Assembly (NCBI GenBank): GCA_965215195.1
Contig: CBDCDC010000002.1
Span: 2,752,001-2,816,000, forward strand
DNA: 64,000 nucleotides
Direction of reading: 5' to 3'
DNA from: Candidatus Latescibacterota bacterium
GTDB taxonomy: Bacteria; Latescibacterota; UBA2968; UBA8231
The number at the start of each line of letters is the position of its first letter. Positions within the stretch are counted from its first letter, which is position 1. This document shows, in pieces, positions 29,518 to 38,729 of this stretch. Position numbers and translations under genes: made by a program. The notes under the pieces are model-generated. The model was not told the origin of the DNA. It did no database searches and saw nothing but the letters and a program-made list of their open reading frames with translations.

Positions 29518-30723
29518 ATGGAAATCATTCCGTTAATTCCCGAATGCGACGTTGCCACACAGAGGGCACGGGCCACACAAGACCGCAATATGCGCGCCCA
29601 AGTGAGGGCTTGTCTCCTGTTAGGGCGCTATTACAAGGAACAAGGGGAACTCGACAGAGCCGAAGCCCTGTATAAAAGAGTCCTTAAAAAGGGACGGCAG
29701 TGGCAAGATGACGCGCTAGAAGCCGATGCGTGTAGCGGCTTGGGGCTGATGTACCAAGTCAAGGGACGGATGGACGAGGCGGTTGACTATCTCAATAAGG
29801 CCTTTGCGATCAATAATGAACGCCGCGATGAGGAGCGTCTGGCTGTCAGCTATAGCAACAGAGGCTTTGTCGCTCATCTGCAAGGAAAAATCGCCGAGGC
29901 ACGAGAATTGCACACCCGCGCTCAGCAACTTCACGAGGCGTTGGGCAATAGGGCCTATTGGGCGGAAGAATGCGGCAACTTGGGGCAGTTGGCACTCCAG
30001 CAAAACAAACCGGAGGAAGCCGAAGCCTACTTCCAGCAGGGACTAAAAGTGTGTCAAGAACTCGGCGATCTACCGGGTATTTCCGGCCACTACCAGGGCT
30101 TGGGGCTGGCCTATCTTGGACAGCAGCGTTTAGCCGACGCCGAAGCTATCCTTAAAAAAGGCATTGCGATTGAGGAGCGGCTCCAGCGCGACGAGGGCTT
30201 GGCTCATCATTACAGTGTCTTGGGCGGCGTATATAGCCAGATGGGTCAGTTTGATGAGGCCGAAGAAATGTATCGTCGGACGCTGGCCATCTACCGAAAA
30301 TTGGGTAATAAACAGTTTGAGGCTCGCACCATGAGCGGTCTGGGGCAGATGCTGAGGACGAAAGGCGACCCGCGAGAAGCCGCGGCGTGGTTCCAGCAGG
30401 CGAGGGATCTGTTTGACGCAATTGGAGATAACAAAGGCCGGGCGGCACAAGCGGCTCTTTTGGGCGATAACTATATGGACGTTGAAAACCTTAAGGCGGC
30501 CGAGGAAGCGTATCGGCAGGCGGTGCAACTGTTTGTGAAGGTATCGGACTTGGAGGCCGTGGCCGACGTTAGAGTTCGCTTGGGGCGGGTCTATGCGTCG
30601 AATCAGGCTCCTTTTGATGCCGTACTTCAGTGGCGGCAAGCCTTGGAACTATACCGCGAACTTCAGCGAGACGACAAGGTTGAGTTCGTAGAAGAGTTGC
30701 TGCGGACGAGCGGCCGAGTGTAA
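29518..30723 (+). CDS. Tetratricopeptide-repeat protein
   Basis: About 40-aa repeats of LG..Y...G...EA...Y..AL. Confidence 0.85.
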   Translation: MEIIPLIPECDVATQRARATQDRNMRAQVRACLLLGRYYKEQGELDRAEALYKRVLKKGRQWQDDALEADACSGLGLMYQVKGRMDEAVDYLNKAFAINNERRDEERLAVSYSNRGFVAHLQGKIAEARELHTRAQQLHEALGNRAYWAEECGNLGQLALQQNKPEEAEAYFQQGLKVCQELGDLPGISGHYQGLGLAYLGQQRLADAEAILKKGIAIEERLQRDEGLAHHYSVLGGVYSQMGQFDEAEEMYRRTLAIYRKLGNKQFEARTMSGLGQMLRTKGDPREAAAWFQQARDLFDAIGDNKGRAAQAALLGDNYMDVENLKAAEEAYRQAVQLFVKVSDLEAVADVRVRLGRVYASNQAPFDAVLQWRQALELYRELQRDDKVEFVEELLRTSGRV

Positions 30724-30767
30724 GATGTTCAACGCGATACGACAGCGGACCGCAGCCAGACATGTCC

Positions 30768-30940
30768 TAAGAAGCGGTCTGCTTCACCGCTCCTTTAGGC
30801 GTGACAAACCCCCGGCGGATCGCGTTGAGTAGCGGTTAAGCGGCGCTCGGAGGGCGCGTCTTGCGAGGGCGAGCCGCCCTCGATCCTAGATTGTTTGCTG
30901 CACCCAAGGGACGGTTCGCGGAATTTTCAGATAGCTTCTA
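30768..30940. repeat. MITE-like intergenic element, copy 2 (inverted relative to copy 1)
   Basis: Ends TAAGAAGCGGTCTG / CAGATAGCTTCTA; shares TTTGTCACGCCTAAAGG and CTGAAAATTCCG blocks with copy 1. Confidence 0.75.
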
Positions 30941-31212
30941 AAAAAAAGAACGCTCGCGTCGTATAGAGCGGGGTGGATGGTCCACCTGCGTACTCTTAGC
31001 CATTTTGTTATTGGCAGCTCCGCTTGGCACCTTGGCCTTAACGTGGGATTGCGCCGATGGCAACACTTAGGGCTGGACCGCGCAAGAGAGGGACAAGGAG
31101 ATGCACGCTTTGCCCTGACGTGCCGCTCGCTCGTTTGCCGAATGCAGCTAAAGTTTATATTTTGCTATGTTTTAAGTCCGCTACTGTTCACCTTTCATCC
31201 TCGGGAGCTACA

Positions 31213-31458
31213 ATGGCCAAGTCGATGTTTTCTCGGGAAGTCGCCCTCAAATTGGAAAGCGAAATCAATGCCTTTCAAGCCTGCCGCAGCCTGTCGCAGC
31301 GCGCACGAGACATTAACACTGAGCGCAAAGTGAGAGAAGCCGAAAGCGAAATTTCCGAGGAAGAGCAGCCCAATTCGTCGGCCAGTGCCATGGTGGACTT
31401 TGCCGAGGGGCGCATCGTCCTCGTGCCGGAAGAGGACGCGGCCCCAGACGAGATCTGA
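31213..31458 (+). CDS. RNA polymerase omega-subunit-like protein
   Basis: 81 aa; SQRARDIN and AMVDFAEGRI resemble the RpoZ RARQI and ALxEIxxGKI motifs; GGGAG RBS. Confidence 0.55.
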   Translation: MAKSMFSREVALKLESEINAFQACRSLSQRARDINTERKVREAESEISEEEQPNSSASAMVDFAEGRIVLVPEEDAAPDEI

Positions 31459-31647
31459 ATAGGTACGGCCCACCTACGCCTCCTCGTGGGCCTTGCTGTC
31501 TCCAACAAAAAAGCCGCAATAAGCCTGCTGCCGGCCGCGTTAGCTGAAAGGGGCCGCCTGTTCGGCGGTTTTTCGCGTTTTCTCCCCTCACTGCATAGTG
31601 CTTTCACCCTCTGCCACAGCGCCAAAACGCCCTGTAAAGGAGGCGTC

Positions 31648-32586
31648 ATGGGCCTAAAAAAAAACTGCTGTCCCCGCCGCCGCTGGGGCAAGACCGAGCT
31701 TTCCATACCCGTGATCCCATTCGGGACGCAAGGCTTTGGCGGCCACTTCGGTCCGGTCAGCGACGAAGAGGCCATGGCCCTGATGCGCCGGGCCGTTGAT
31801 CTGGGCGTCAATCACTTCGACTGCGCCCGCTGCTACGGCGACTCCCTGCGCAAGCTGGGCCGTGCGATTGGGGAAGGCGTCATCGGCCGCAGCGAGATCA
31901 TCATCAGCGGGCGCGTATGCTGTCACAGTGCCGCTGCGTGGGGTGGCTACGGCGAGGGGCGGCCCGACTACTCGGCGGCGCGGGCCTTGGCCGATGCCGA
32001 AGACCAGCTAAACATTTTGCGGATCGACAAATTCGACGCGCTCTTCCTCCACGACCCGCACGAGATAGAGCCGACCCTCGAAGCGGGTGGTGCGCTCGAA
32101 GGGCTGGAACGGGTGCGCCAGCAGGGTGCCGTTGACTTCATCGGCTATGGCATGAGGCCCCACGACTTTCACCGCGCGCACATTGCTTCGGGCCGCACCG
32201 ACGCCATGCTGTGCTTCAGCGACTACAACTTGCTCCGGCAGAGCGCAGCCGACGCGATCCTGCCCGCGGCTGTGGCCGCCGACCTCGGAGTACTCAACGG
32301 CTGGTCGATCATGCGCGGCTGGCTGACGGGTGTGCCGGTGGAGTGCTTTATACCGCGCGACAAGTGGGGCGAGGACCAGCAGCGGGCCGAGGCCATGCGC
32401 TTGTGGTGCGGCGAGCAGGGCATCGACATGCTGGAGCTGACGCTGCAATTTTGCCTGCGCGAGGAACGAATCCACGGCAACCCAATCGGCTCGCTGAACA
32501 TTGAGCAGCTAGAGCGGAACGTCGCGGCCGCCATGGCCACTGTCGCGGACGAAACCATGGCCGCATTCAGGGCCGCGGCACTTTGA
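31648..32586 (+). CDS. Aldo/keto reductase
   Basis: GKTEL....FG, GVNHFDCARCYG and LHDP motifs; AAGGAGG RBS. Confidence 0.85.
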   Translation: MGLKKNCCPRRRWGKTELSIPVIPFGTQGFGGHFGPVSDEEAMALMRRAVDLGVNHFDCARCYGDSLRKLGRAIGEGVIGRSEIIISGRVCCHSAAAWGGYGEGRPDYSAARALADAEDQLNILRIDKFDALFLHDPHEIEPTLEAGGALEGLERVRQQGAVDFIGYGMRPHDFHRAHIASGRTDAMLCFSDYNLLRQSAADAILPAAVAADLGVLNGWSIMRGWLTGVPVECFIPRDKWGEDQQRAEAMRLWCGEQGIDMLELTLQFCLREERIHGNPIGSLNIEQLERNVAAAMATVADETMAAFRAAAL

Positions 32587-32604
32587 ACGGGAGAAACCAC
32601 GCGC

Positions 32605-33375
32605 ATGGGCGCTGCTGAAGCGTACTACGCACAGACGATGGAACTGTTGCAACGTCTGCGCGACACGCAAATGGACTCTATAGACCGAGCCGCCGAAATC
32701 TGCACGGAGAGCATTGCCAACGGCGGGCTGGTCTTTCTCTTTGGGGCCGGGCACTCGCGGATGATGTGCGAGGAAATGACGCCGCGCCAAGGGTGTTTCG
32801 TGGGCTTCTTTGCGTTGGTCGAGCTCGCGGTATCGACGCATGCGTCGATCGTCGGCACCAACGGGCTGCGCGGGCCACTCTTTTTGGAGAAGTGCGAAGG
32901 CTACGCCGAGGAGATTCTCCAAGGGTTCGATTTCGGGCCGCACGACGCCTTTATCTTGATCTCGACGAGCGGCATTCGGCCCCTGATCGTGGAGATGGCC
33001 ATGGGCGCTAGGGCGCGGGGCTTGCCCGTAATCGCCATGCTGTCGAAGCCGCACGGCGACCAGTCGCCGCCAGCGCACTCCTCGGGCAAGAAGCTAATGG
33101 AGCTGGCCGACGTCGTCCTCGACAATCAATGTCCGCCCGGGGACTGCGTACTCGAGCTAGAGGGCTTGGAGTGGCGGACCGGGCCGGTATCAACGGTGAC
33201 CGGCGCGATGATGATGAATATGCTGCGCTGCGAGGTGGCCGAGCGGTTGCTGGCGCGGGGGATAAAGCCGGAGCTATTGCCGAGCCATCAGTTTGTGGGC
33301 AATGCAAGTGCAGAAGAGCAGCTAGAGCGATTTTACGAGGGCTACCGCAAGAGCCTCAAGCATTTGTACATGTAG
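32605..33375 (+). CDS. SIS-domain sugar isomerase-like protein
   Basis: LFGAGHS, ISTSG, HSSGKKL..LADVVLDN..P.GD motifs. Confidence 0.85.
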   Translation: MGAAEAYYAQTMELLQRLRDTQMDSIDRAAEICTESIANGGLVFLFGAGHSRMMCEEMTPRQGCFVGFFALVELAVSTHASIVGTNGLRGPLFLEKCEGYAEEILQGFDFGPHDAFILISTSGIRPLIVEMAMGARARGLPVIAMLSKPHGDQSPPAHSSGKKLMELADVVLDNQCPPGDCVLELEGLEWRTGPVSTVTGAMMMNMLRCEVAERLLARGIKPELLPSHQFVGNASAEEQLERFYEGYRKSLKHLYM

Positions 33376-33403
33376 GGGCGTCCCTTGTGGACGCTGCCCC
33401 TAC
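33372..33403. repeat. GTAG-type REP-like palindrome
   Basis: GTAGGGGCG...GCCCCTAC; a related GTAGGGGCGACCCTTGT occurs near 54475. Confidence 0.5.
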
Positions 33404-33483
33404 AATATGCGTTCCGCCAGCCAACGTCTGACGCCCCTTGTGGGCACCCCGTCCCCATCGCCCCGATTCCAATTCACTAACCT

Positions 33484-34245
33484 ATGGGCACTCTCGAAAA
33501 CAAGGTTTGTCTAATTACCGGCTCTACCGGCATCGCCGAGGCCACGGCTCTCCACGCAGCCGAGGAAGGGGCCAAGGTCTTTGTCGCCTCGCGCACGGAA
33601 GATCATTGTAGGGCACTCGCCGAGAAATTGGGTGCCCAAGGGGCATATCGAGCAGCCGATCTGACGCAGCCGGAACAGGTCGCCGAGGCCGTGCGGGTCT
33701 GCGTGGACCAGTGGGGGCGGATCGATGGGTTGTTCAATGTGGCCGGGATCAGCGGGCGGCGCTTTGGCGATGGGCCGCTGCACGAGTGTACAGAGGAAGG
33801 GTGGGACGCGACGTTGGACGCCAACGCCAAGAGCGTGTTTTTGGTGTGCCGCGCCGTGCTGCAACAGATGTTGGCGCAAAAACGGGGGGCGATTCTCAAC
33901 ATGGCTAGTGTGTTGGCCTTTGCGCCGCAGCGGAGGTTTTTTGCTTCGCACGCCTATGCGGCCAGCAAGGGGGCGATTGTGTCGCTGAGCAAGGCTATGG
34001 CCAGCTACTACGCGCCGCACGGGATTCGGGTCAATGCCATTGCGCCGGCGCTGGTTGAGACGCCCATGAGCCAGCGGGCCGGAGCAAGCGCAGAGATCAT
34101 GGCGTTTATGCGCGACAAGCAGCCGCTCGGGGCGATGATGAGCGCGGCGGACGTGGCGGGGATGGCGGTCTTTTTGCTAGGGGAGCGAGCGCGGGCCATT
34201 ACCGGAACCGTGGTGACAGTAGATGCCGGTTGGTGCGTGAGCTAA
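33484..34245 (+). CDS. SDR-family oxidoreductase
   Basis: TGSTGI, NVAG, YAASK and IRVNAIAP motifs. Confidence 0.9.
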   Translation: MGTLENKVCLITGSTGIAEATALHAAEEGAKVFVASRTEDHCRALAEKLGAQGAYRAADLTQPEQVAEAVRVCVDQWGRIDGLFNVAGISGRRFGDGPLHECTEEGWDATLDANAKSVFLVCRAVLQQMLAQKRGAILNMASVLAFAPQRRFFASHAYAASKGAIVSLSKAMASYYAPHGIRVNAIAPALVETPMSQRAGASAEIMAFMRDKQPLGAMMSAADVAGMAVFLLGERARAITGTVVTVDAGWCVS

Positions 34246-34259
34246 CGCAAGGAGGACGC

Positions 34260-35237
34260 ATGAAAGAATACGTCATCGGCTTTGACGTGGGCGGCACTCG
34301 GGTCAAAAGCGGCGCGGTGACTCGGCGCGGGCGGATGCTGGCACCGGGCATCAACCCGTCGGGGTTTGCGCTGGGCATGGGCAATTTGCTCAAGACGCTG
34401 CAAGGAGAATGCGTGCGGATTGCCAAGCGGCTAGGCGGCGAGCCCCAGGCCATTGGCTTGGGCTTTCCCGGGGCCGTGGATCCCGAGGTCGGCGTGGTGT
34501 ACATGCCGGGGAAGATCAAGGGGCTGGAAGGCTATCCCATTGTCAAGCGGCTGGCCAAGGCCACGGGGATTCCAGTCGTCGCCGACAACGACGGCCGCGT
34601 CTCCATCTATGCCGAGCGGCACTACGGCCTAGCGCGGGATGTGGACTGGGCGGCTACCATCACCATCGGCACGGGCGTCGGGTCCGGGGTTTTGCTCGAC
34701 GGCAAAATTCTGCGCGACCCGCATCTCCAGTTCGGGACGCAGATGAGTCATATCGTCATGCAGGCCCTCGGCGGGCGGCTGTGCCTGACCAACGCGCGGG
34801 GCACGGCCGAGATGATGTGCTCGGCCACGGCCCTGACTCAGCAGGTGCGGGACGGGCTGGCGCGCGGCATTCCCTCGGTCTTGAGCGACCAGTACTTTAA
34901 GGATCCCAGCTCGATTGACTTCAAGGCCGCGATCCGCGGCGTGGTGCGCCAAGACCGGCTCTGCATGGACGAACTGGAACACTGGACCCGCAACTTGGGC
35001 TGGCTGCTGGTGAGCGCGGTACACGTGTATGCTCCCCAGCGGATCATCCTCAGCGGCGGAGCGACCCATGCGGCCGAGCACTTTCTCGAGCCGCTGCAAA
35101 AGCAAGTGAACGAACATTTATTTCGCTATCCAGCGGGTGCCGGCGTGCCAATTGTGCTGTCCAAGCTGCGCGACCACGCCGGCGTTTTGGGGACAGCGGC
35201 AATTGCTTGGGAAAAGGTGGATGGAGAAAAGACGTGA
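34260..35237 (+). CDS. ROK-family sugar kinase
   Basis: GFDVGGT, DNDG, TIGTGVGSG and ILSGG motifs. Confidence 0.88.
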   Translation: MKEYVIGFDVGGTRVKSGAVTRRGRMLAPGINPSGFALGMGNLLKTLQGECVRIAKRLGGEPQAIGLGFPGAVDPEVGVVYMPGKIKGLEGYPIVKRLAKATGIPVVADNDGRVSIYAERHYGLARDVDWAATITIGTGVGSGVLLDGKILRDPHLQFGTQMSHIVMQALGGRLCLTNARGTAEMMCSATALTQQVRDGLARGIPSVLSDQYFKDPSSIDFKAAIRGVVRQDRLCMDELEHWTRNLGWLLVSAVHVYAPQRIILSGGATHAAEHFLEPLQKQVNEHLFRYPAGAGVPIVLSKLRDHAGVLGTAAIAWEKVDGEKT

Positions 35238-36274
35238 AAGAACAACCTCTGCGCACCACCGTCATCGGTTCCTACCCCTTCCCGAGCTGGCTCGAACACG
35301 CGGCTGAGCACCTCAATGCCTTCGGCCCAGACGATATTGCCGAGATGCAGGACGACGCGGTCGTTGCCGCGCTCGGCGACCAAGTGCGCGCCGGGTTGGA
35401 CGTTGTCACCGACGGCGAGCAAACCCGCTTTGATTTTAACCTTTCCTTTTACGGCTACATAGAAGGCATCGCTCTAGAGTCCGCGCCGCCGCGGCGCTTT
35501 GGTCCCCCGGCTCACGACCAGCGCGGGCGTCACGCAATCACTGGTGTGCTGCAAGCGCCGCACGGCTTGGGCGCGGTGGAGGAGTTTGCGCGGCTCAAGC
35601 GGCTGGCGCCAGCAGGGCCGACGCTCAAGGCGAGTGTGCCGGGGCCTTATACGTTGAGCGGCCGCTTGTTGCCCAACGACCAGTACCCGGACCGCTGGGC
35701 CGTGACCGAGGCCCTATTGCCGATTGTGCGGCGCGAGTTGGAGGCGCTCTGTGCGGCGGGTTGCACGGAGCTGACTGTTGATGAGCCGTCGATGAGTTGC
35801 TATGCCCACCGCGAGGACCCAGTGCGCTTTGTGGATATCTTCAACCGCACGGTCGAATCCGTCGTCGGACAGTGTCGGCTCTCGACCCACCTGTGCTTTG
35901 GCAACTACAAGGGCCGCGCCGTGGGGCTGCGCCGCTACGCGCCCATGTTCCCGGCGTTCTTGGACATGCAGGTCGATGAGATGCACGTCGAGATGGCCAG
36001 CCGCGAGTTCGCCGAACTGGAGATCATCGGCCCGATTGCCGCAAAGATGGATGTGGCGGTCGGGATCGTCGACGTCAAGAGCTACTACATTGAAACCGTA
36101 GAGGACATTGCGGCGCGGGTGGAGGCGTGCTTGGAGTATGCCCCGGCTGACAAGCTCTCTTTCGCGCCCGATTGTGGGCTGAGCCAAACGGCGCGCTGGG
36201 CCGCGAAGCAGAAGCTGGAGAACATGGTAGCTGGGGTGCGCGCCGCGCGGGAGAAGCGGGGGTATGCGCCGTAG
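35234..36274 (+). CDS. Cobalamin-independent methionine synthase-like protein (catalytic domain only)
   Basis: VIGSYP.P, VTDGEQ, PGPYT, HLCFGN and PDCGL zinc motifs. Confidence 0.85.
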   Translation: MKEQPLRTTVIGSYPFPSWLEHAAEHLNAFGPDDIAEMQDDAVVAALGDQVRAGLDVVTDGEQTRFDFNLSFYGYIEGIALESAPPRRFGPPAHDQRGRHAITGVLQAPHGLGAVEEFARLKRLAPAGPTLKASVPGPYTLSGRLLPNDQYPDRWAVTEALLPIVRRELEALCAAGCTELTVDEPSMSCYAHREDPVRFVDIFNRTVESVVGQCRLSTHLCFGNYKGRAVGLRRYAPMFPAFLDMQVDEMHVEMASREFAELEIIGPIAAKMDVAVGIVDVKSYYIETVEDIAARVEACLEYAPADKLSFAPDCGLSQTARWAAKQKLENMVAGVRAAREKRGYAP

Positions 36275-36400
36275 GCAGGAATCGGCGGCCAATTACAAGC
36301 ATTCTGGCGCGAGGGCGGACCCGCCCACACGCCGTGCGCGGCGTCGGCAGACGATGCGAATCGCAGGGTGGCGAGTGGGCGATATGGAGAAGCGGGAGGC

Positions 36401-37207
36401 CTAAGGCTTATGATCCGTATCGACGGGTGCTTCGTCGTTGTCTAGGAAGCGCTCGGTGGTATTGTGGGTCGCCGGGCTGGTGCGGAAATCGGCGATCCAA
36501 GGCTGGCGGAAATAGGCCTGCTTGTCGCGCGGCAGGCTGTGCAGCACCACCGGGGGGATCTTCAGCCGGTGCCAGTGGGTGGCCAAATGCGAATAGGCGT
36601 GGAGGATGGCGACGCGCGGGGTGTCGCGGCACCACACCGGGCCGGCGTGGCACAAGTTCTCGGTAAAAAAAATTGCGCTGCCGGCCGGGCAGGCATACGT
36701 GGTGAGGAAGGGACTGCGCTTGCCTGCTTCCAGCGACAGATGGTCCTCGTGGATGGGAAATTCCGACTTGTGGCTGCCGATCAAGAAATGGGTGCTCTGG
36801 TCTTCTAGGGCAATATCGGTCAATTCAAAAATAACCCGCACCATGCCGGCGTGGATGCGCCCGTTTTTCACCCGGTAGCCAAAAATGGGATCGGCTTGAC
36901 TGGGGCCGCCCCCGTGTAGCGGGCCGTGCTCCTCGCCCTTTTTGCGCCACGCGCAGCCACAGCCTTCCAGCCGGATATCCGGTCCGATTACTTCCCGAAT
37001 TACATCGACTACTTGGGGATGGTCAATCAGCACACTGGCCGGGCCGCCGGGCACGTCGCGCTGCTCGGGCGGCAGCGATTGGGGGTCGTGTTTGATGCGG
37101 TCGATCTGATCGACGATAGCGGCGACTTGGGTTGGCTCTAAGATGGCGGGGCGCACCAAAAAGCCGGTGAGGTCAAAGCGGAAGCGTTCTTCTGCGGTCA
37201 TGGCCAT
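36401..37207 (-). CDS. PhyH-family dioxygenase
   Basis: FDLTGFLV, LHGG, GSHKS and FTENLCH motifs. Confidence 0.8.
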   Translation of the reverse strand: MAMTAEERFRFDLTGFLVRPAILEPTQVAAIVDQIDRIKHDPQSLPPEQRDVPGGPASVLIDHPQVVDVIREVIGPDIRLEGCGCAWRKKGEEHGPLHGGGPSQADPIFGYRVKNGRIHAGMVRVIFELTDIALEDQSTHFLIGSHKSEFPIHEDHLSLEAGKRSPFLTTYACPAGSAIFFTENLCHAGPVWCRDTPRVAILHAYSHLATHWHRLKIPPVVLHSLPRDKQAYFRQPWIADFRTSPATHNTTERFLDNDEAPVDTDHKP

Positions 37208-37284
37208 GGGATATCTCCGAGGGAAGCGTTTTTCTGGTGGGTTTAGGAAACGGCCCGGTCTTGTGAAGCCGCGGACCGCCAGCC

Positions 37285-38418
37285 TCAGTTGACCCCCTGC
37301 ATGAGGCGTTGGGTGATGGAGCCTTCCTGGGTCAGGGCATAGACGATCACGTTGACCGCCATCTGATTGTAGCGCGGGTTGCTGCCCCAGCCTACGTTGT
37401 CGATGCCGACCATGCGGCCGCGGATGAAGTACCCATTGACGATGTCCCTCCAGTCAACTAGGCCCCCAGTACCGCCTTTCAAAGCGAAAAAGGCATTGAA
37501 AATGGGATGATCCAAGGGCAGGCGTTCTCTCCAGAAATCATACCCATCTACTAAGCCGCCGTACTTTACCAAGGCTTCGCGATGGTAACCTCCCATAACA
37601 AAGCCCCCGGACAGCATATAGCGGGCATAGTTTTCCATTTCGCTCTCGTTGAGGGATCCTTGGGGGATGAGAATGGGCAGTTCGAGTAGGCGTCTGTCGT
37701 CGTAAGTAATAGTGCCGATAAACTCGGCTGCGAGTCCGGTGTACTCGTTAATAACGTCGCACAGGGCCTCAATTGAGCGCAGATTCAAATTGCTGTAGCC
37801 CTGCAGTTGATCGGTAACGGCGCGGGCCGAAAGCACATGGGCTATTTTGATGAAGCCTTTGACCGCTTGGGGATCGCCGGGGTTTTGGATGACCATGGCC
37901 CGGTAGCGGCCGGTATCCATGCTGTTGACATCGAGCATCTCCAAGGCCATGTCGATTTTGTGCTCCGGCATCCGCGTGCTGGTCACCGAGGCGGAGACGA
38001 GCTTGGGCTCGAGCACGAGGCTGTTCGTGGTGCTAGCGGCAATCGGCTTGAACAAGCGAATGCCCGAGTTGCCGACGTGGCTGGAAATCAACGAGCGGAC
38101 GTTGAAGTTGGTCGTGGCCTGCACTTGATCGAGGCGGGCGGCGGCCAAGTGGACTTGGCGGCGGGCTAGCTGGCGCTTGGGCTTGGGGATTTTGCGCAGT
38201 TCTAAGGGCTTGGTCAGGCGGGGTTCGCGCTTGATGAATTTGGTGCTGAGAGGCCGAGGGGCTTTGGTCTCTACTTGCTGGAAGGGGTTGAGGGCGACGA
38301 AGACCAACGCGAGGCCAACGGCCAGCGCCAAGGACAGGAGTAACCCTCGGCGTTGGCGAGCGACCAACTCGGCGAGCTCAAAACCGGAAGCGGGAGAATT
38401 AAAGCGGGAAGAACTCAT
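37285..38418 (-). CDS. DUF4159-domain protein with N-terminal anchor
   Basis: MDTGRYRAMVI, YMLSGGF, HPIFNAFF and VNVIVYALT.EGS; distant paralog of 22567 and 28128; AGGAGG RBS. Confidence 0.75.
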   Translation of the reverse strand: MSSSRFNSPASGFELAELVARQRRGLLLSLALAVGLALVFVALNPFQQVETKAPRPLSTKFIKREPRLTKPLELRKIPKPKRQLARRQVHLAAARLDQVQATTNFNVRSLISSHVGNSGIRLFKPIAASTTNSLVLEPKLVSASVTSTRMPEHKIDMALEMLDVNSMDTGRYRAMVIQNPGDPQAVKGFIKIAHVLSARAVTDQLQGYSNLNLRSIEALCDVINEYTGLAAEFIGTITYDDRRLLELPILIPQGSLNESEMENYARYMLSGGFVMGGYHREALVKYGGLVDGYDFWRERLPLDHPIFNAFFALKGGTGGLVDWRDIVNGYFIRGRMVGIDNVGWGSNPRYNQMAVNVIVYALTQEGSITQRLMQGVN

Positions 38419-38729
38419 CGCGCCCTCCTGAGTGGAAGCCAACAAATCGGTGCTCAAGATACCCCAATCCACTGCTGCAATCAAGCTGGTGAACGAGCGG
38501 GGATTGCCCGGCTCGGGTTAAAAAAGACCTTTTGGCCGCGTTCGAGAAAGATAGGCCCTTGGACCGGATATTCGGCTGCGACATCCATGGCAAAGACCAG
38601 CAATTGGTCATCCGTCGAGCTCGGCACGTAGAGGTAGTAGCTCATGGTGTGATAGCCTTCTCTTAGTTAGGTTTGCGGTGAACTATGCAGCGCAGCCGGC
38701 CGGACCAACGTAACGCGCTGGAGGAAATT

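Noticed and set aside
38481-38645. 54-aa minus-strand ORF resembling a lactonase N-terminus
   Set aside because: Similarity is limited to about 20 residues; too weak to call.
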